Shown: positions 20,668 through 30,252 of the stretch, in pieces
Layout of the letters: each line of letters starts with the position of its first letter
Position numbering within the stretch: position 1 is the stretch's first letter
Assembly: GCA_041615815.1 (NCBI GenBank)
Contig: JBFJCP010000024.1
Location: 1-64,000 of the forward strand
Reading direction: 5' to 3'
Length of the DNA: 64,000 nucleotides
DNA from: Gemmatimonadales bacterium
GTDB lineage: Bacteria > Gemmatimonadota > Gemmatimonadetes > Gemmatimonadales > GWC2-71-9
Translations under genes and position numbers: made by a program
The notes under the pieces: generated by a model
What the model was told of the DNA's origin: nothing
Seen by the model: the letters and a program-made list of their open reading frames with translations, nothing else
Database searches by the model: none

Positions 20668-22290
20668 TCAGGGTTGGGACGCCCCGCCAGCCGCAGCGGC
20701 GGTGGGATGGTCCAGGAGATACCGTCGCAGATCCCCCACGTCGTAGCGCCCGTTTTCATTACCCACGGCGTCGAGATAGGCCTGATCGTCGGCGGTGAGC
20801 ATGCCCACGCCACCCATGAATGGACCCGCGAGCTGGCTCAGCGGAATCACCGTCGTCGACACGCGGATGCGGGCGCGGTCCGTCTCGAGATGGATGGCAT
20901 AGATCGACACCGAGGATGCGGCACCCGAATTGAGGCGAGCGGAGGGAGTGGTACGATTGGTGAGCCGGGTCATGGCGTGTCCGAATGCGTCTCCCGCTTC
21001 GCCTCGATTTCCTCCATTGGTCATGTCGAGCCGGAGACCGTCGTTGGCGTCCGCCTCGAGGAGCTGGACTTGGTAGATACGCTCGCATGAGCGGCAGGGC
21101 CGGCGAAGCCGCGTGTCGTCCACGTGGTAGACCAGGACCCCCGCCGCCGGCAGGTCTTGGTCGAACCCTTGCTGGTCCCGATACTCGACCAGGAGGTACT
21201 CTTTCGAGGAAAGGGGGAGCTGCAGGACATGTCCCGTAGTGCGAACCGGAAGGATCTCGATCTCCGCATTGCGCACGTCACCAACGATCTCGAGGTCCAA
21301 CCACCCCAGCTCCAGCTTCTCCCAAGCCCCGAAATGCGGCGGTCGCCGCACGGCAGCGCGATTCAGCGGCCTTCCACATCCCCACGCTCCCGCCGCCATC
21401 AACGCCCAACAGCCCACGACCCAACGGCGCCGCTCCGGCAGGATGCCTTCCGTACTGTCATACAGATCCGGCAATCCGAGCACGTGGCCAAGTTCGTGGG
21501 CAATGGTAGCCGCATTTTGTACCGCACCTCCGTCACAGGTCACCGTACTCTGGATGATGTAATCGTTGACCAGTACCGGCGACCCGTCTGGACGGAGATC
21601 GTTGGTGCGATACGGCTCGCCCATCCAGTTGGCGAGGGTGGACCGATGCGGCCAGATCCCCGGTCCGGGACACGACGCCGCAATCTCGAGAAACTGAAAC
21701 GCAACCGCGTCCACGAATCCGTCGTCATCACCGCTGTTGGGTACCCCGTCCGGCCCATCGTTATCGAACAGCCCGAAGTCGGCGGCTTGATCCGCTTGGG
21801 CGACCGCCTGCACCAGATAGACACCCGTCTGACTTCCGCTCAAGCCAAAGCTGCTCCCCACCGTTTGCCGGAGGGTGATCTGGGTTCGCACCCAGGGAAG
21901 CGCCTGGCCAGTGACGGTGAACCGACCTCCGGAGGCTTCGGCGAAGAACTCCGTGAGTGTTCCATTGTCCGTTGGACCGTCGAACAGCGCGCGCTGGACA
22001 TCGTCTTGGGAGAACGCCGGCTGCGGCGAGTCCGCAAACAGCGCCAAAATCACGACCAGCGGCAGCTCCCCTGAGACTGGTTGCCGCAGCATAGCCGACG
22101 CCTTGGTGCGGGCAATCCACCCACGTTCGATCTCGAAGAAGTCCGGCTTCGCCGTGACGCGTTCGAAATAGGCCGCCGGCAGCGGCTGCTCCGTTACCTG
22201 CGAGGTCATTTCGATGTCTTGCGCCGCAACGCCGGGAACGAGCGTGATCCCAAGACCGAGCCCCACCCACGGCGAAGTGCGCCGTCTCAT
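20668..22290 (-). CDS. M6 family (immune inhibitor A-like) metalloprotease
   Basis: Signal peptide, FDNDGPDGVPNSGDDDGFVD, IWPH, AHELGHVLGLPDLYD, WALM Met-turn, EYLLVEYR. Confidence 0.9.
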   Translation of the reverse strand: MRRRTSPWVGLGLGITLVPGVAAQDIEMTSQVTEQPLPAAYFERVTAKPDFFEIERGWIARTKASAMLRQPVSGELPLVVILALFADSPQPAFSQDDVQRALFDGPTDNGTLTEFFAEASGGRFTVTGQALPWVRTQITLRQTVGSSFGLSGSQTGVYLVQAVAQADQAADFGLFDNDGPDGVPNSGDDDGFVDAVAFQFLEIAASCPGPGIWPHRSTLANWMGEPYRTNDLRPDGSPVLVNDYIIQSTVTCDGGAVQNAATIAHELGHVLGLPDLYDSTEGILPERRRWVVGCWALMAAGAWGCGRPLNRAAVRRPPHFGAWEKLELGWLDLEIVGDVRNAEIEILPVRTTGHVLQLPLSSKEYLLVEYRDQQGFDQDLPAAGVLVYHVDDTRLRRPCRSCERIYQVQLLEADANDGLRLDMTNGGNRGEAGDAFGHAMTRLTNRTTPSARLNSGAASSVSIYAIHLETDRARIRVSTTVIPLSQLAGPFMGGVGMLTADDQAYLDAVGNENGRYDVGDLRRYLLDHPTAAAAGGASQP

Positions 22291-22694
22291 CGCGCACTTC
22301 GCACAGGCGTCAACGCGATCCCGTACCCTGCGAGCCCAGATCGCAACCGATCATCCGGACCGGCAACCTCGACGATGCGGACCGACGGGGGGCTCGACAG
22401 GTCGGCGACCTGGATCGAAAACTCGATGCGACCGGGCCGTTCGCGAACGACGACGACGCGCACCACATCGCCCGCCACGCCAGCGAGCGCGATTCCCTCC
22501 TCCGCGCTGATGGCGCCGAGGCCGCTCCCCACCAGCTCCAAGACCACAGCACCTTCGGCGCCGTTGGGAGAGACCAGCGCGCCCACAACCCTGCCAGGTC
22601 CACTCGTGGCGGCGGGCTCCGAGTTGCACGCCAACACTCCTAGACACATGACCCATCGGCAGCGGGGTACGAACCAACGGATGACGTGCGTCAC
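22287..22694 (-). CDS. Small beta-rich lipoprotein, hypothetical
   Basis: Lipobox VLAC; ATGA overlap with the M6 gene. Confidence 0.75.
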   Translation of the reverse strand: MTHVIRWFVPRCRWVMCLGVLACNSEPAATSGPGRVVGALVSPNGAEGAVVLELVGSGLGAISAEEGIALAGVAGDVVRVVVVRERPGRIEFSIQVADLSSPPSVRIVEVAGPDDRLRSGLAGYGIALTPVRSAR

Positions 22695-22905
22695 AATGCC
22701 TTAGCGCTCGGGACCAGTGATGACGCGGGACGGGCCAATGAGAGGGGCCCTTGGTCTCTGATCGTATACGTACCGGCCACTTCCCGGAAGGATCCGTGCG
22801 CGCTTTCTGCGTTTCTGTCGACCGCGGCACTGCAGCGTCGCTCTTCCGAAGAGCCGACCGTCGGGACACCATACAAGACGTTCGTCTTCTTTCCCGGGAG
22901 CCACC

Positions 22906-23505
22906 ATGACGGAGATCGATCGTCGACGTTTCCTCGAATCCATGGCCGTTGCCGTGCCCGCAACCGCGCTCGCGGCGCGGAGCGCGCGCTCCCCCACGGG
23001 CCACGCACCCGCGACCCTCGATGAGTCACTGCTCCATGCCCTCTCCCAGGCCGTGCTTCCCTCCGAGCTCCCTATCGCGGATACGGTGCGAGTGGTGACC
23101 GCCTTCATCCGCTGGCTCGATCGCTACCGCGCTGGCGCGGAACGCGATCACGGCTACGGCACCGGCGCACTCACACGCGTGCCGGAACATTCCCGCTCGC
23201 GGTGGGCCGACCAGCTCGAGGAGCTGGATCGGGAGGCTCGGGAGCGTCTCCGGACGCCTTTTGCCCAACTCTCGAGGGATCAACGGCAGCTGTTGGTCCG
23301 CTCTGCGCTCGCCGGCGACTCCATGCAGCGGTTTCCCGATCCCGAAGTCGCTCGTCATGTCGCTGTTGCGCTGTTGGCGTTCTTCTACCGGAGCCCAGAG
23401 GCAACCGATCGCTGTTACCGTGCTCGCATCCAAAAGCACCTTTGTCGACCGTTGGTACGGTCACCGGAACGCCCTGCGCCGCTCGACATGGGAGCTGACC
23501 GATGA
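22906..23505 (+). CDS. Tat-signal small subunit of a flavoprotein dehydrogenase (gluconate 2-dehydrogenase subunit 3-like)
   Basis: DRRRFLESMAV twin-Arg signal; FAQLSRDQRQ and FYRSPE motifs; ATGA overlap with a GMC gene. Confidence 0.75.
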   Translation: MTEIDRRRFLESMAVAVPATALAARSARSPTGHAPATLDESLLHALSQAVLPSELPIADTVRVVTAFIRWLDRYRAGAERDHGYGTGALTRVPEHSRSRWADQLEELDREARERLRTPFAQLSRDQRQLLVRSALAGDSMQRFPDPEVARHVAVALLAFFYRSPEATDRCYRARIQKHLCRPLVRSPERPAPLDMGADR

Positions 23506-25136
23506 ACCACCCACCCAACCGCGCTGCTGCCCGCGGGTCCGCCGTCATAGAGTCCGACGTGTGCATCATCGGTTCGGGCATCACGGCCGCGCTTCTGGCG
23601 GAACGCCTCACCGAAGAACGCGACGTCCGCGTCGTCGTCGTCGAAGCGGGTGACGCGCCCATTCCCCTCGCGCGGCGTCACGCACACCGTCAGCGGTATC
23701 TCGATTATGGCGAAAACCCGTGGCCCAGGGACCATGTGGATGGTCTGGAAGTGGATGGAATGCAGTCACGGTCCATGTGCGTCGGGGGCCTCGCCATGCA
23801 CTGGGGCGGGGTCACGCCCAGGTTCAGTCCGGAAGACTTTCGTCTCCGCTCCTTGTATGGCGTGGGAGACGACTGGCCGCTCACGTATGAGGACCTGGAA
23901 CCCGATTATCTCGACGCGGAAGTCCGCATGGGCGTTGCCGGCGAGGAGGGCCCGCCGGAGCTCGATCCGCGCTCGGCGCCCTATCCCCTCCCACCGCTAC
24001 CGCTCTCGTACAACCTTCGCCAGCTGCACACCTGGGCGGACCGCGCGGGCATCGCCTTCTGGACCCAGCCCTCGGCGAAGAACTCCGTCGCCTACCGCGG
24101 GCGCCCGGTGTGCTGCCGCAACGATACGTGCTCACCTATTTGTCCCACGGGCGCCAAATACACACCGGATGTGACCTGGAACGCCCTTACCGCGGGCGGC
24201 AAGGTCGACCTCGTCACCCGTACGGTCGTGCGCCGGTTAGTTGCAGCGGCCGGGTCCAACAAGATCGAACGGGCCGTCGCAATGGATCGCGACGATCCGG
24301 ACCGGGACCTCGAATTCCGAGCCACCACGTTCATCGTGGCCGCTGGGTACGTCTGGAGCTCCCATCTCCTCCTGCTCTCGACCTCCAGCCGTTTCCCGAC
24401 CGGCCTGGCGAACCGGTCCGGTCTCGTGGGCAAATACTTGAGCGGCCACCGGAGCGTGAGCGCCCACCTCGAGCTCCCGCTCGAGCTGTATCCCGGAATC
24501 AACGTCCACCACAGTCTCGTGTCGAAGCAGTTCATGCGTCCGGGGCCGCTCCCCAGGTACATGCGGCACGATCTCCGGATCTGGGAATCGACCTTCGGCC
24601 GAGAACCGCGGCTCAGAAACGCGCAAGGACAGGTACAGTTGGGCGATGCCATTCTTGCGGACTGGCGCGACCGCACACGGCGTGGCGCAGCGCGGGTTCG
24701 GGCCTATTACGATGTATTGCCAGCGCGGGGGAGCGAGCTCACGTTGGACCCCACCCGCAAGACCCCGTGGGGCGATCCGTTGCCCCGCCTCGCGTTCCGC
24801 GACAGCGAGATCTCCCGAACACTGCGACGAGAAACGGAAACCGAGATTCACGCGCTGTTTCAGCGCATGGCCCGCGTGGGCGACGGAACGATTCTGTGGT
24901 CCGGTGTGAACGAGTTTCAGGATCATCCCGCTGGAGGGTGTCGCATGGGAAACGACGCGGATACCAGCGTCTGCGATAGTTCCGGACGCACGCACGATCA
25001 CGAGAATCTGTTCGTGGTGGGGGCGCCGACGATGGTGACCGGTGGCTGCGCCAACGGTACCCTGACGTTCGTGGCCCTGGGTCTTCGCGCCGCTCGCGAG
25101 ATCGGACGAGCATTTCCGACTAGGAAAGCCCGATGA
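23502..25136 (+). CDS. GMC family flavoprotein dehydrogenase large subunit
   Basis: DVCIIGSGITAA, CCRNDTCSPICP (3Fe-4S-type Cys motif), HPAGGCRMG, ANGTLT. Confidence 0.9.
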   Translation: MNHPPNRAAARGSAVIESDVCIIGSGITAALLAERLTEERDVRVVVVEAGDAPIPLARRHAHRQRYLDYGENPWPRDHVDGLEVDGMQSRSMCVGGLAMHWGGVTPRFSPEDFRLRSLYGVGDDWPLTYEDLEPDYLDAEVRMGVAGEEGPPELDPRSAPYPLPPLPLSYNLRQLHTWADRAGIAFWTQPSAKNSVAYRGRPVCCRNDTCSPICPTGAKYTPDVTWNALTAGGKVDLVTRTVVRRLVAAAGSNKIERAVAMDRDDPDRDLEFRATTFIVAAGYVWSSHLLLLSTSSRFPTGLANRSGLVGKYLSGHRSVSAHLELPLELYPGINVHHSLVSKQFMRPGPLPRYMRHDLRIWESTFGREPRLRNAQGQVQLGDAILADWRDRTRRGAARVRAYYDVLPARGSELTLDPTRKTPWGDPLPRLAFRDSEISRTLRRETETEIHALFQRMARVGDGTILWSGVNEFQDHPAGGCRMGNDADTSVCDSSGRTHDHENLFVVGAPTMVTGGCANGTLTFVALGLRAAREIGRAFPTRKAR

Positions 25137-26953
25137 ACCGTTCATGGCAGATCGGCATCTGCGCCGGGACGATCCTCCTGGCCACGCTCGTCGGTGCAGC
25201 AACCGCGCAGGACCGGCCGACCGCGAGGGATACACTCGCCGCCGCGGTTCGCTCTGCAATCACCCAAGATGCCTTGACGCGACACGCGCGTGCCATCGTC
25301 GCACACGAACGGCCCTCCGGCAGTCCGGGTGAAAATGCCGCCATCGACTATATCCTCGAAACGTTGCGGAATGCCGGCGTGCCGGTCGAGGTGCACACGT
25401 TTCTGGCCTATGCGAGCGATCCGGTGGCTGCCGCCGTCGAGGTCGTGGGCGAGTTACGCAGGATGGACGCCATCACGATGGCGTTCTCCGGATCCGCGCG
25501 CAATTTAGAGGCGCCCCTGGTGGACGTCGGCCGTCTTCGCGACCTCCCGCAGCTCGAAGTGGGGACGGGCGAGCGGTTGGTCTTGCCTTCGTCTCCCGGC
25601 CGTCTTACCCCAGATCTCACCGGCGCCATTGCCTTGGTGGAGGGACAACCGCGCAATGTTCCCACCAGCGTGCTGGCGCAACTCGGCGCCGTCGGGATCA
25701 TCTTCGTCAACCCGGAAGAGCGTCTCAATGATCTGATCGTCACGTCCACTTGGGGGGTGCCGTCGCTGCGGAACTTCCACCGGCTCCCGACGATTCCAGT
25801 GGCACAGGTCAAGAAGAGCGACGGTGAGCGCCTGCGTACCCGCCTCGCCCGGGGGCCCGTGCGCGTCCGCCTCACCACCGAAGTGAGTTCGGGTTGGAAA
25901 CCCCTGCGCCTCGCCGTGGCCCGCATCCCCGGCCCCGACCCGCGCGCTCCCCTCGTCGTCCTTGGCGGGCATATCGACGGGTGGTATCACGGTGCCACCG
26001 ACGAAGGCGCTTCCAACGCCGCGATGATCGAGCTCGCAATCGCCTTCCATCGGCACCGCGAAGGCCTGCGCCGGGGTCTCGTGGTCGCCTGGTGGCCGGG
26101 ACACAGCAACGCGCGCTACGCCGGATCCACCTGGTTTGCCGATCGATTCGATGAATCACTGCGAACGAGAGGGATTGCCTATCTCAACATCGATGGCGTT
26201 GGGCAACGTGGCGCCAAACGCTTCGGTGCGTCGACAACATCCTCGATGGCGGCGCTCGCGTCACACATTCTCCGCCAGCGCACCGGCGCCCAAGTCGTTC
26301 CTGGTCGCCCCGGCCGCAACTCGGACCAATCGTTCAACGGAATTGGTCTGGCACTCTTGCAGTTTCATCACACCAGACTGCCTGAGGACGGGGGATATTG
26401 GTGGTGGCATACCCCGGACGACACGTTTGACAAGATCGACGTTGAGATTCTGGAAACGGATACCGATCTGTACGTCGACGCGCTTGCCGCGCTCCTGGTG
26501 GAACCGGTGGTCCCACTCGATATTGCTGCGGAAGTCGAGGCGCTGGGACAGGAGATGGAGCGGCGCGCGCTTCAGGCCAATGGCCGGTTCGATCTCTCGG
26601 CCGCGCACCGAAAACAAGAGCGCCTCCTCATCCTCGCGCGGGAGATTCAAAGTATCCTCGAACGGGAGAGTAAGGACGACGGCGGAATCGATCTCGCGTT
26701 GATGGGAATTCTTCGCCCACTCCTTCGCGTGCTGTACTCGCCTTCCGATCCGTTCCATCCCGACCCAGGGATCGACCTCGGCCTCTTACCGGGGATGGCA
26801 CCGGTGACGATGCTCGCGACCGAACCGTTCGAGAGCGACCGGTACGGCTTTGCCGAAACCACGCTGGTGCGGGAACGCAACCGATTGCTCGATGCGCTCA
26901 CCCGCGCCACCGGTGAGGCGGAGCGGCTGTTGGCGCAGCTGCGCGAACGATAG
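25133..26953 (+). CDS. Secreted M28 family peptidase with PA-like insert
   Basis: Signal peptide; GGHIDGW, GATD, YLNID, WHTPDDT. Confidence 0.85.
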   Translation: MNRSWQIGICAGTILLATLVGAATAQDRPTARDTLAAAVRSAITQDALTRHARAIVAHERPSGSPGENAAIDYILETLRNAGVPVEVHTFLAYASDPVAAAVEVVGELRRMDAITMAFSGSARNLEAPLVDVGRLRDLPQLEVGTGERLVLPSSPGRLTPDLTGAIALVEGQPRNVPTSVLAQLGAVGIIFVNPEERLNDLIVTSTWGVPSLRNFHRLPTIPVAQVKKSDGERLRTRLARGPVRVRLTTEVSSGWKPLRLAVARIPGPDPRAPLVVLGGHIDGWYHGATDEGASNAAMIELAIAFHRHREGLRRGLVVAWWPGHSNARYAGSTWFADRFDESLRTRGIAYLNIDGVGQRGAKRFGASTTSSMAALASHILRQRTGAQVVPGRPGRNSDQSFNGIGLALLQFHHTRLPEDGGYWWWHTPDDTFDKIDVEILETDTDLYVDALAALLVEPVVPLDIAAEVEALGQEMERRALQANGRFDLSAAHRKQERLLILAREIQSILERESKDDGGIDLALMGILRPLLRVLYSPSDPFHPDPGIDLGLLPGMAPVTMLATEPFESDRYGFAETTLVRERNRLLDALTRATGEAERLLAQLRER

Positions 26954-27004
26954 ACTGGGACGCCGGTCAGCCTAGCCGGCGCCATCGCCGCAGGGGACTC
27001 GAGA

Positions 27005-30000
27005 CTAGCGCATCGACGTCTGCCGGCCGGCGTCGCGAGGCAAGATTACGCCGGGAACTCCGAGCGCCTGGAGCCGCTGGTTGAACGCCGCAACCTCTCG
27101 ATCAACGACCTCGCGTACGCGATTGCGAAGCGTCGACCACTGCGTATTGAGATCGGCGAATCGTTGGAACGCGCCCGCCGTGGGACGCCCCTCGGGACCT
27201 CCGTAGATGTAACCATCGGTACCGGTGACGTAGCCGTACAAGGTGATGTATTGGTTGTCGATCTGCGGAGGGTATCGGAGCGGATCCTGGTTGCTCTGAT
27301 TCCGTGTCTGTGTGAGCTGCTTCTCCACCGCCGCGAGATTGCCGACCACGGTGTCCGCAAACGCGTCGAGGTCATCGCCGAAGCCACCAGCCACCGCGCG
27401 CTTCGCCACGGACCCCACCTGCTGCTTCACGGACCTGACCGTCCGGAGGCCATCGTAGATGGCATCGATCGTATCTCGAATCTCCGATCCCAACGCGAAC
27501 TGCTGCTCGAAGTCCTCCTGGGTGACGTCGCTGAGGCGAGGATCCTTGAGCACCCGGAAGGAGCGGGTGTGGGCCGCCGATGCCACCGTGAGCCGCGCCT
27601 GGTACGTGCCTGGCGGGGCTTTCACCCCTCCCGTGTAGCCCCACACGACCACCGAATCGGGTACCGTAGGGCCATGATACGTCAGGTCCCACGTCGCGCG
27701 GTTGGTTCCCGCCTTGGCGGGGATGCGCTCGAGATGCTCCTCCGCTGCTCTCGCCGAATCACTGGTGAAGCGCCGGGCCACCCGCCCGGACGAATCCACG
27801 ATCTCGAGTGTCACCTCGTCCGAAGGCTCGGTGGCCAAGTAATAGTGAAAGAGCGCATTGCCTGGCAGCGCCTCGGGCGATTCTCCGTCTTCATCGGACC
27901 CCTCCGCGTTCACGCGATGGGCGTCGCGGGGACCGTACAGGTGCACTGAAGCGCCCGCCACTTCGGCGGACAATTCCCGCAACGGGGTGACGTCGTCGAG
28001 AATCCAGAATGACCGGCCTTGCGTGGCCAGCACGAGGTCGCCCCCATGGACCCGCATGCCGGTGATGGGCGTCACGGGGAGATTCATCTGGAGCGGCTGC
28101 CAGTTGCGTCCGTCATTGAAGGATACGAATACCCCGAACTCGGTACCGGCGTACACGAGTCCTCGGCGCTCGGGATCCTCCCGCACCGTACGGACGGGGA
28201 AGCCCGCCGGAATACCGTTCGTTCCATTCGTCAGTAACTGCCACGAGCGGCCATAGTCGTCGGTACGGAAGACATACGGCTTGAAATCGTCCAGACGGTA
28301 CCGGTGCGCCGCCACGAACGCGCGGCCGGGTTGATGCACGGAAAGGTCGATCTCATCCACCGTGGCGAGGGGTGGCAGACCCCGCGGCGTAACCTCCGAC
28401 CACGTGCCGCCGTGATCGCGGGTCACGTGGATTCGTCCATCATCAGTTCCCGCCCAGAGCACATCGGAGGCATGCGGAGAGACGGCGAGGGCGAATATGG
28501 TGTTGTAGATCTCGACACCGGTGATGTCGTGATCGATGGGGCCTCCTGAGAAATCCTGATGTTCGGGATTATTCGTGGTGAGATCGGGACTGATTGTCTC
28601 CCAGGACATGCCACCATCCCGGGTTACATGCACAAACTGGGATGCGTGGTAGACCACGTCGGGGTCATGCGGGGACACCACGATGGGTGACACCCACTGG
28701 AATCGGTACTTGAGATTTTTGCCCGCTTCCCCCACTTGGAGTTGCGGATAATTCGAGACGTAGCGTCGCTGGTCTTTGGCGAGATCATAGCGGTCGATCA
28801 CGCCGCCGTAACAGCCGCCATAGATGACGTCCGGCCGATCGGGATGGAGCGCCAACGGCCCAGTCTCGCACCCACCCACATTGTACCAGTGTTCTTTGGC
28901 GTGGAGGGTGTTGCTAGTGGTCCAGGCCGGCACACTGATCGTGGTGTTGTCCTGCTGCGCGCCGTAGAGACGATATGGAAAGCCGTTATCGACGATGACG
29001 TCGTAGAGCTCGGCGGTTGGCTGATTGTGGTAGGTGCTCCAACTCGCACCGCCGTTCACGGTCACCTGCCCACCGCCATCATCCGCCACTGCCATGACGT
29101 TGTGATGGGCGGGATTGATCCACAGGTCGTGGACGTCGCCGTGCGGCACCTCGATGACCTCGAACGTGCTGCCACCATCCACCGACTTGTGAAGCCGCGT
29201 GTTCAACACGAACACCGTGTTCTCGTCTCGAGGATCGGCCCGGACGTGGGTGTAGTAAAAGGCGCGCTGCCGCAGTTTGTTCTCGCTGTTCACCCGCTTC
29301 CACGTCTTTCCTGCATCCTCCGATCGATACAACCCACCATCCGGTTCGGCTTGTACGATGGCCCAGACGCGATCGGGATTGGCACCCGAAACGTCAACAC
29401 CCACCTTGCCCACGATTCCACCGGGAAGGCCGCCGGCCAACTTGGTCCAGGTCTCGCCACCATCGGTGGACTTGTACACGCCACCTTCCGGACCACCGCT
29501 CCGTAGCGTCCAGGGCTTACGCTCACCCCGCCACATCCCGGCGAACAACTCCCTGGGGTTGGTGGGATTCATAGCGAGGCTGCTCGCCCCCGTGCTGTCG
29601 TTCAGCACCAGCACATGCTGCCATGTCGCTCCGCCATCGCGGGACCGATAGATGCCTCGTTCGGCATTCTTTCCGAATGGATGTCCGAGGGCTGCCACGT
29701 AGACGAGGTCGGGATCGTTGGGATGGACGACGACCCGCGCAATCTGTCCGGTTTCCGCGAGCCCCTGAAAGTTCCAGGTCTTCCCCGCGTCGGTCGACTT
29801 GTAGAGACCCCGCCCGGTTGACGTATTGCCGCGAATGTCGGCACTCCCCGTCCCCACATAGATGACATTGGGATCCGCACCGGCGATCGCCACGGCACCA
29901 ATTGAGCCGCCAAAGAACCCGTCGCTGATGTTCACCCAGCGCTGGCCGGCGTCGGTCGTCTTCCACACTCCGCCCCCGGTGGTACCCATGAGGAACGTAT

Positions 30001-30196
30001 GCATTGCACCCGGCACGCCGGCGATCGCCGACGAACGCCCACCACGATACGGCCCAACCATGCGGTATCGCAGACCATCGTACAGCGACGTGTCGTATAC
30101 CATGTTCGCGCTCCGGGCCTGTTGACCCCAAGCCGAAACACTCGTTCCGCTCAACGTGACTAGCGTCGCCAATGCAACGCGCCAAATGATCCGCAT
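27005..30196 (-). CDS. VPS10/BNR-repeat beta-propeller protein (glycosyl hydrolase-like)
   Basis: Signal peptide; many S/T-x-D-x-G-x-T-W Asp-box repeats; PHGDVH; C-terminal helical region. Confidence 0.9.
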   Translation of the reverse strand: MRIIWRVALATLVTLSGTSVSAWGQQARSANMVYDTSLYDGLRYRMVGPYRGGRSSAIAGVPGAMHTFLMGTTGGGVWKTTDAGQRWVNISDGFFGGSIGAVAIAGADPNVIYVGTGSADIRGNTSTGRGLYKSTDAGKTWNFQGLAETGQIARVVVHPNDPDLVYVAALGHPFGKNAERGIYRSRDGGATWQHVLVLNDSTGASSLAMNPTNPRELFAGMWRGERKPWTLRSGGPEGGVYKSTDGGETWTKLAGGLPGGIVGKVGVDVSGANPDRVWAIVQAEPDGGLYRSEDAGKTWKRVNSENKLRQRAFYYTHVRADPRDENTVFVLNTRLHKSVDGGSTFEVIEVPHGDVHDLWINPAHHNVMAVADDGGGQVTVNGGASWSTYHNQPTAELYDVIVDNGFPYRLYGAQQDNTTISVPAWTTSNTLHAKEHWYNVGGCETGPLALHPDRPDVIYGGCYGGVIDRYDLAKDQRRYVSNYPQLQVGEAGKNLKYRFQWVSPIVVSPHDPDVVYHASQFVHVTRDGGMSWETISPDLTTNNPEHQDFSGGPIDHDITGVEIYNTIFALAVSPHASDVLWAGTDDGRIHVTRDHGGTWSEVTPRGLPPLATVDEIDLSVHQPGRAFVAAHRYRLDDFKPYVFRTDDYGRSWQLLTNGTNGIPAGFPVRTVREDPERRGLVYAGTEFGVFVSFNDGRNWQPLQMNLPVTPITGMRVHGGDLVLATQGRSFWILDDVTPLRELSAEVAGASVHLYGPRDAHRVNAEGSDEDGESPEALPGNALFHYYLATEPSDEVTLEIVDSSGRVARRFTSDSARAAEEHLERIPAKAGTNRATWDLTYHGPTVPDSVVVWGYTGGVKAPPGTYQARLTVASAAHTRSFRVLKDPRLSDVTQEDFEQQFALGSEIRDTIDAIYDGLRTVRSVKQQVGSVAKRAVAGGFGDDLDAFADTVVGNLAAVEKQLTQTRNQSNQDPLRYPPQIDNQYITLYGYVTGTDGYIYGGPEGRPTAGAFQRFADLNTQWSTLRNRVREVVDREVAAFNQRLQALGVPGVILPRDAGRQTSMR

Positions 30197-30252
30197 GACA
30201 AGCTCCTCGACAAGACGTTTATCGGTATGGTATCGGCGGTCGCCGCGTTTGC

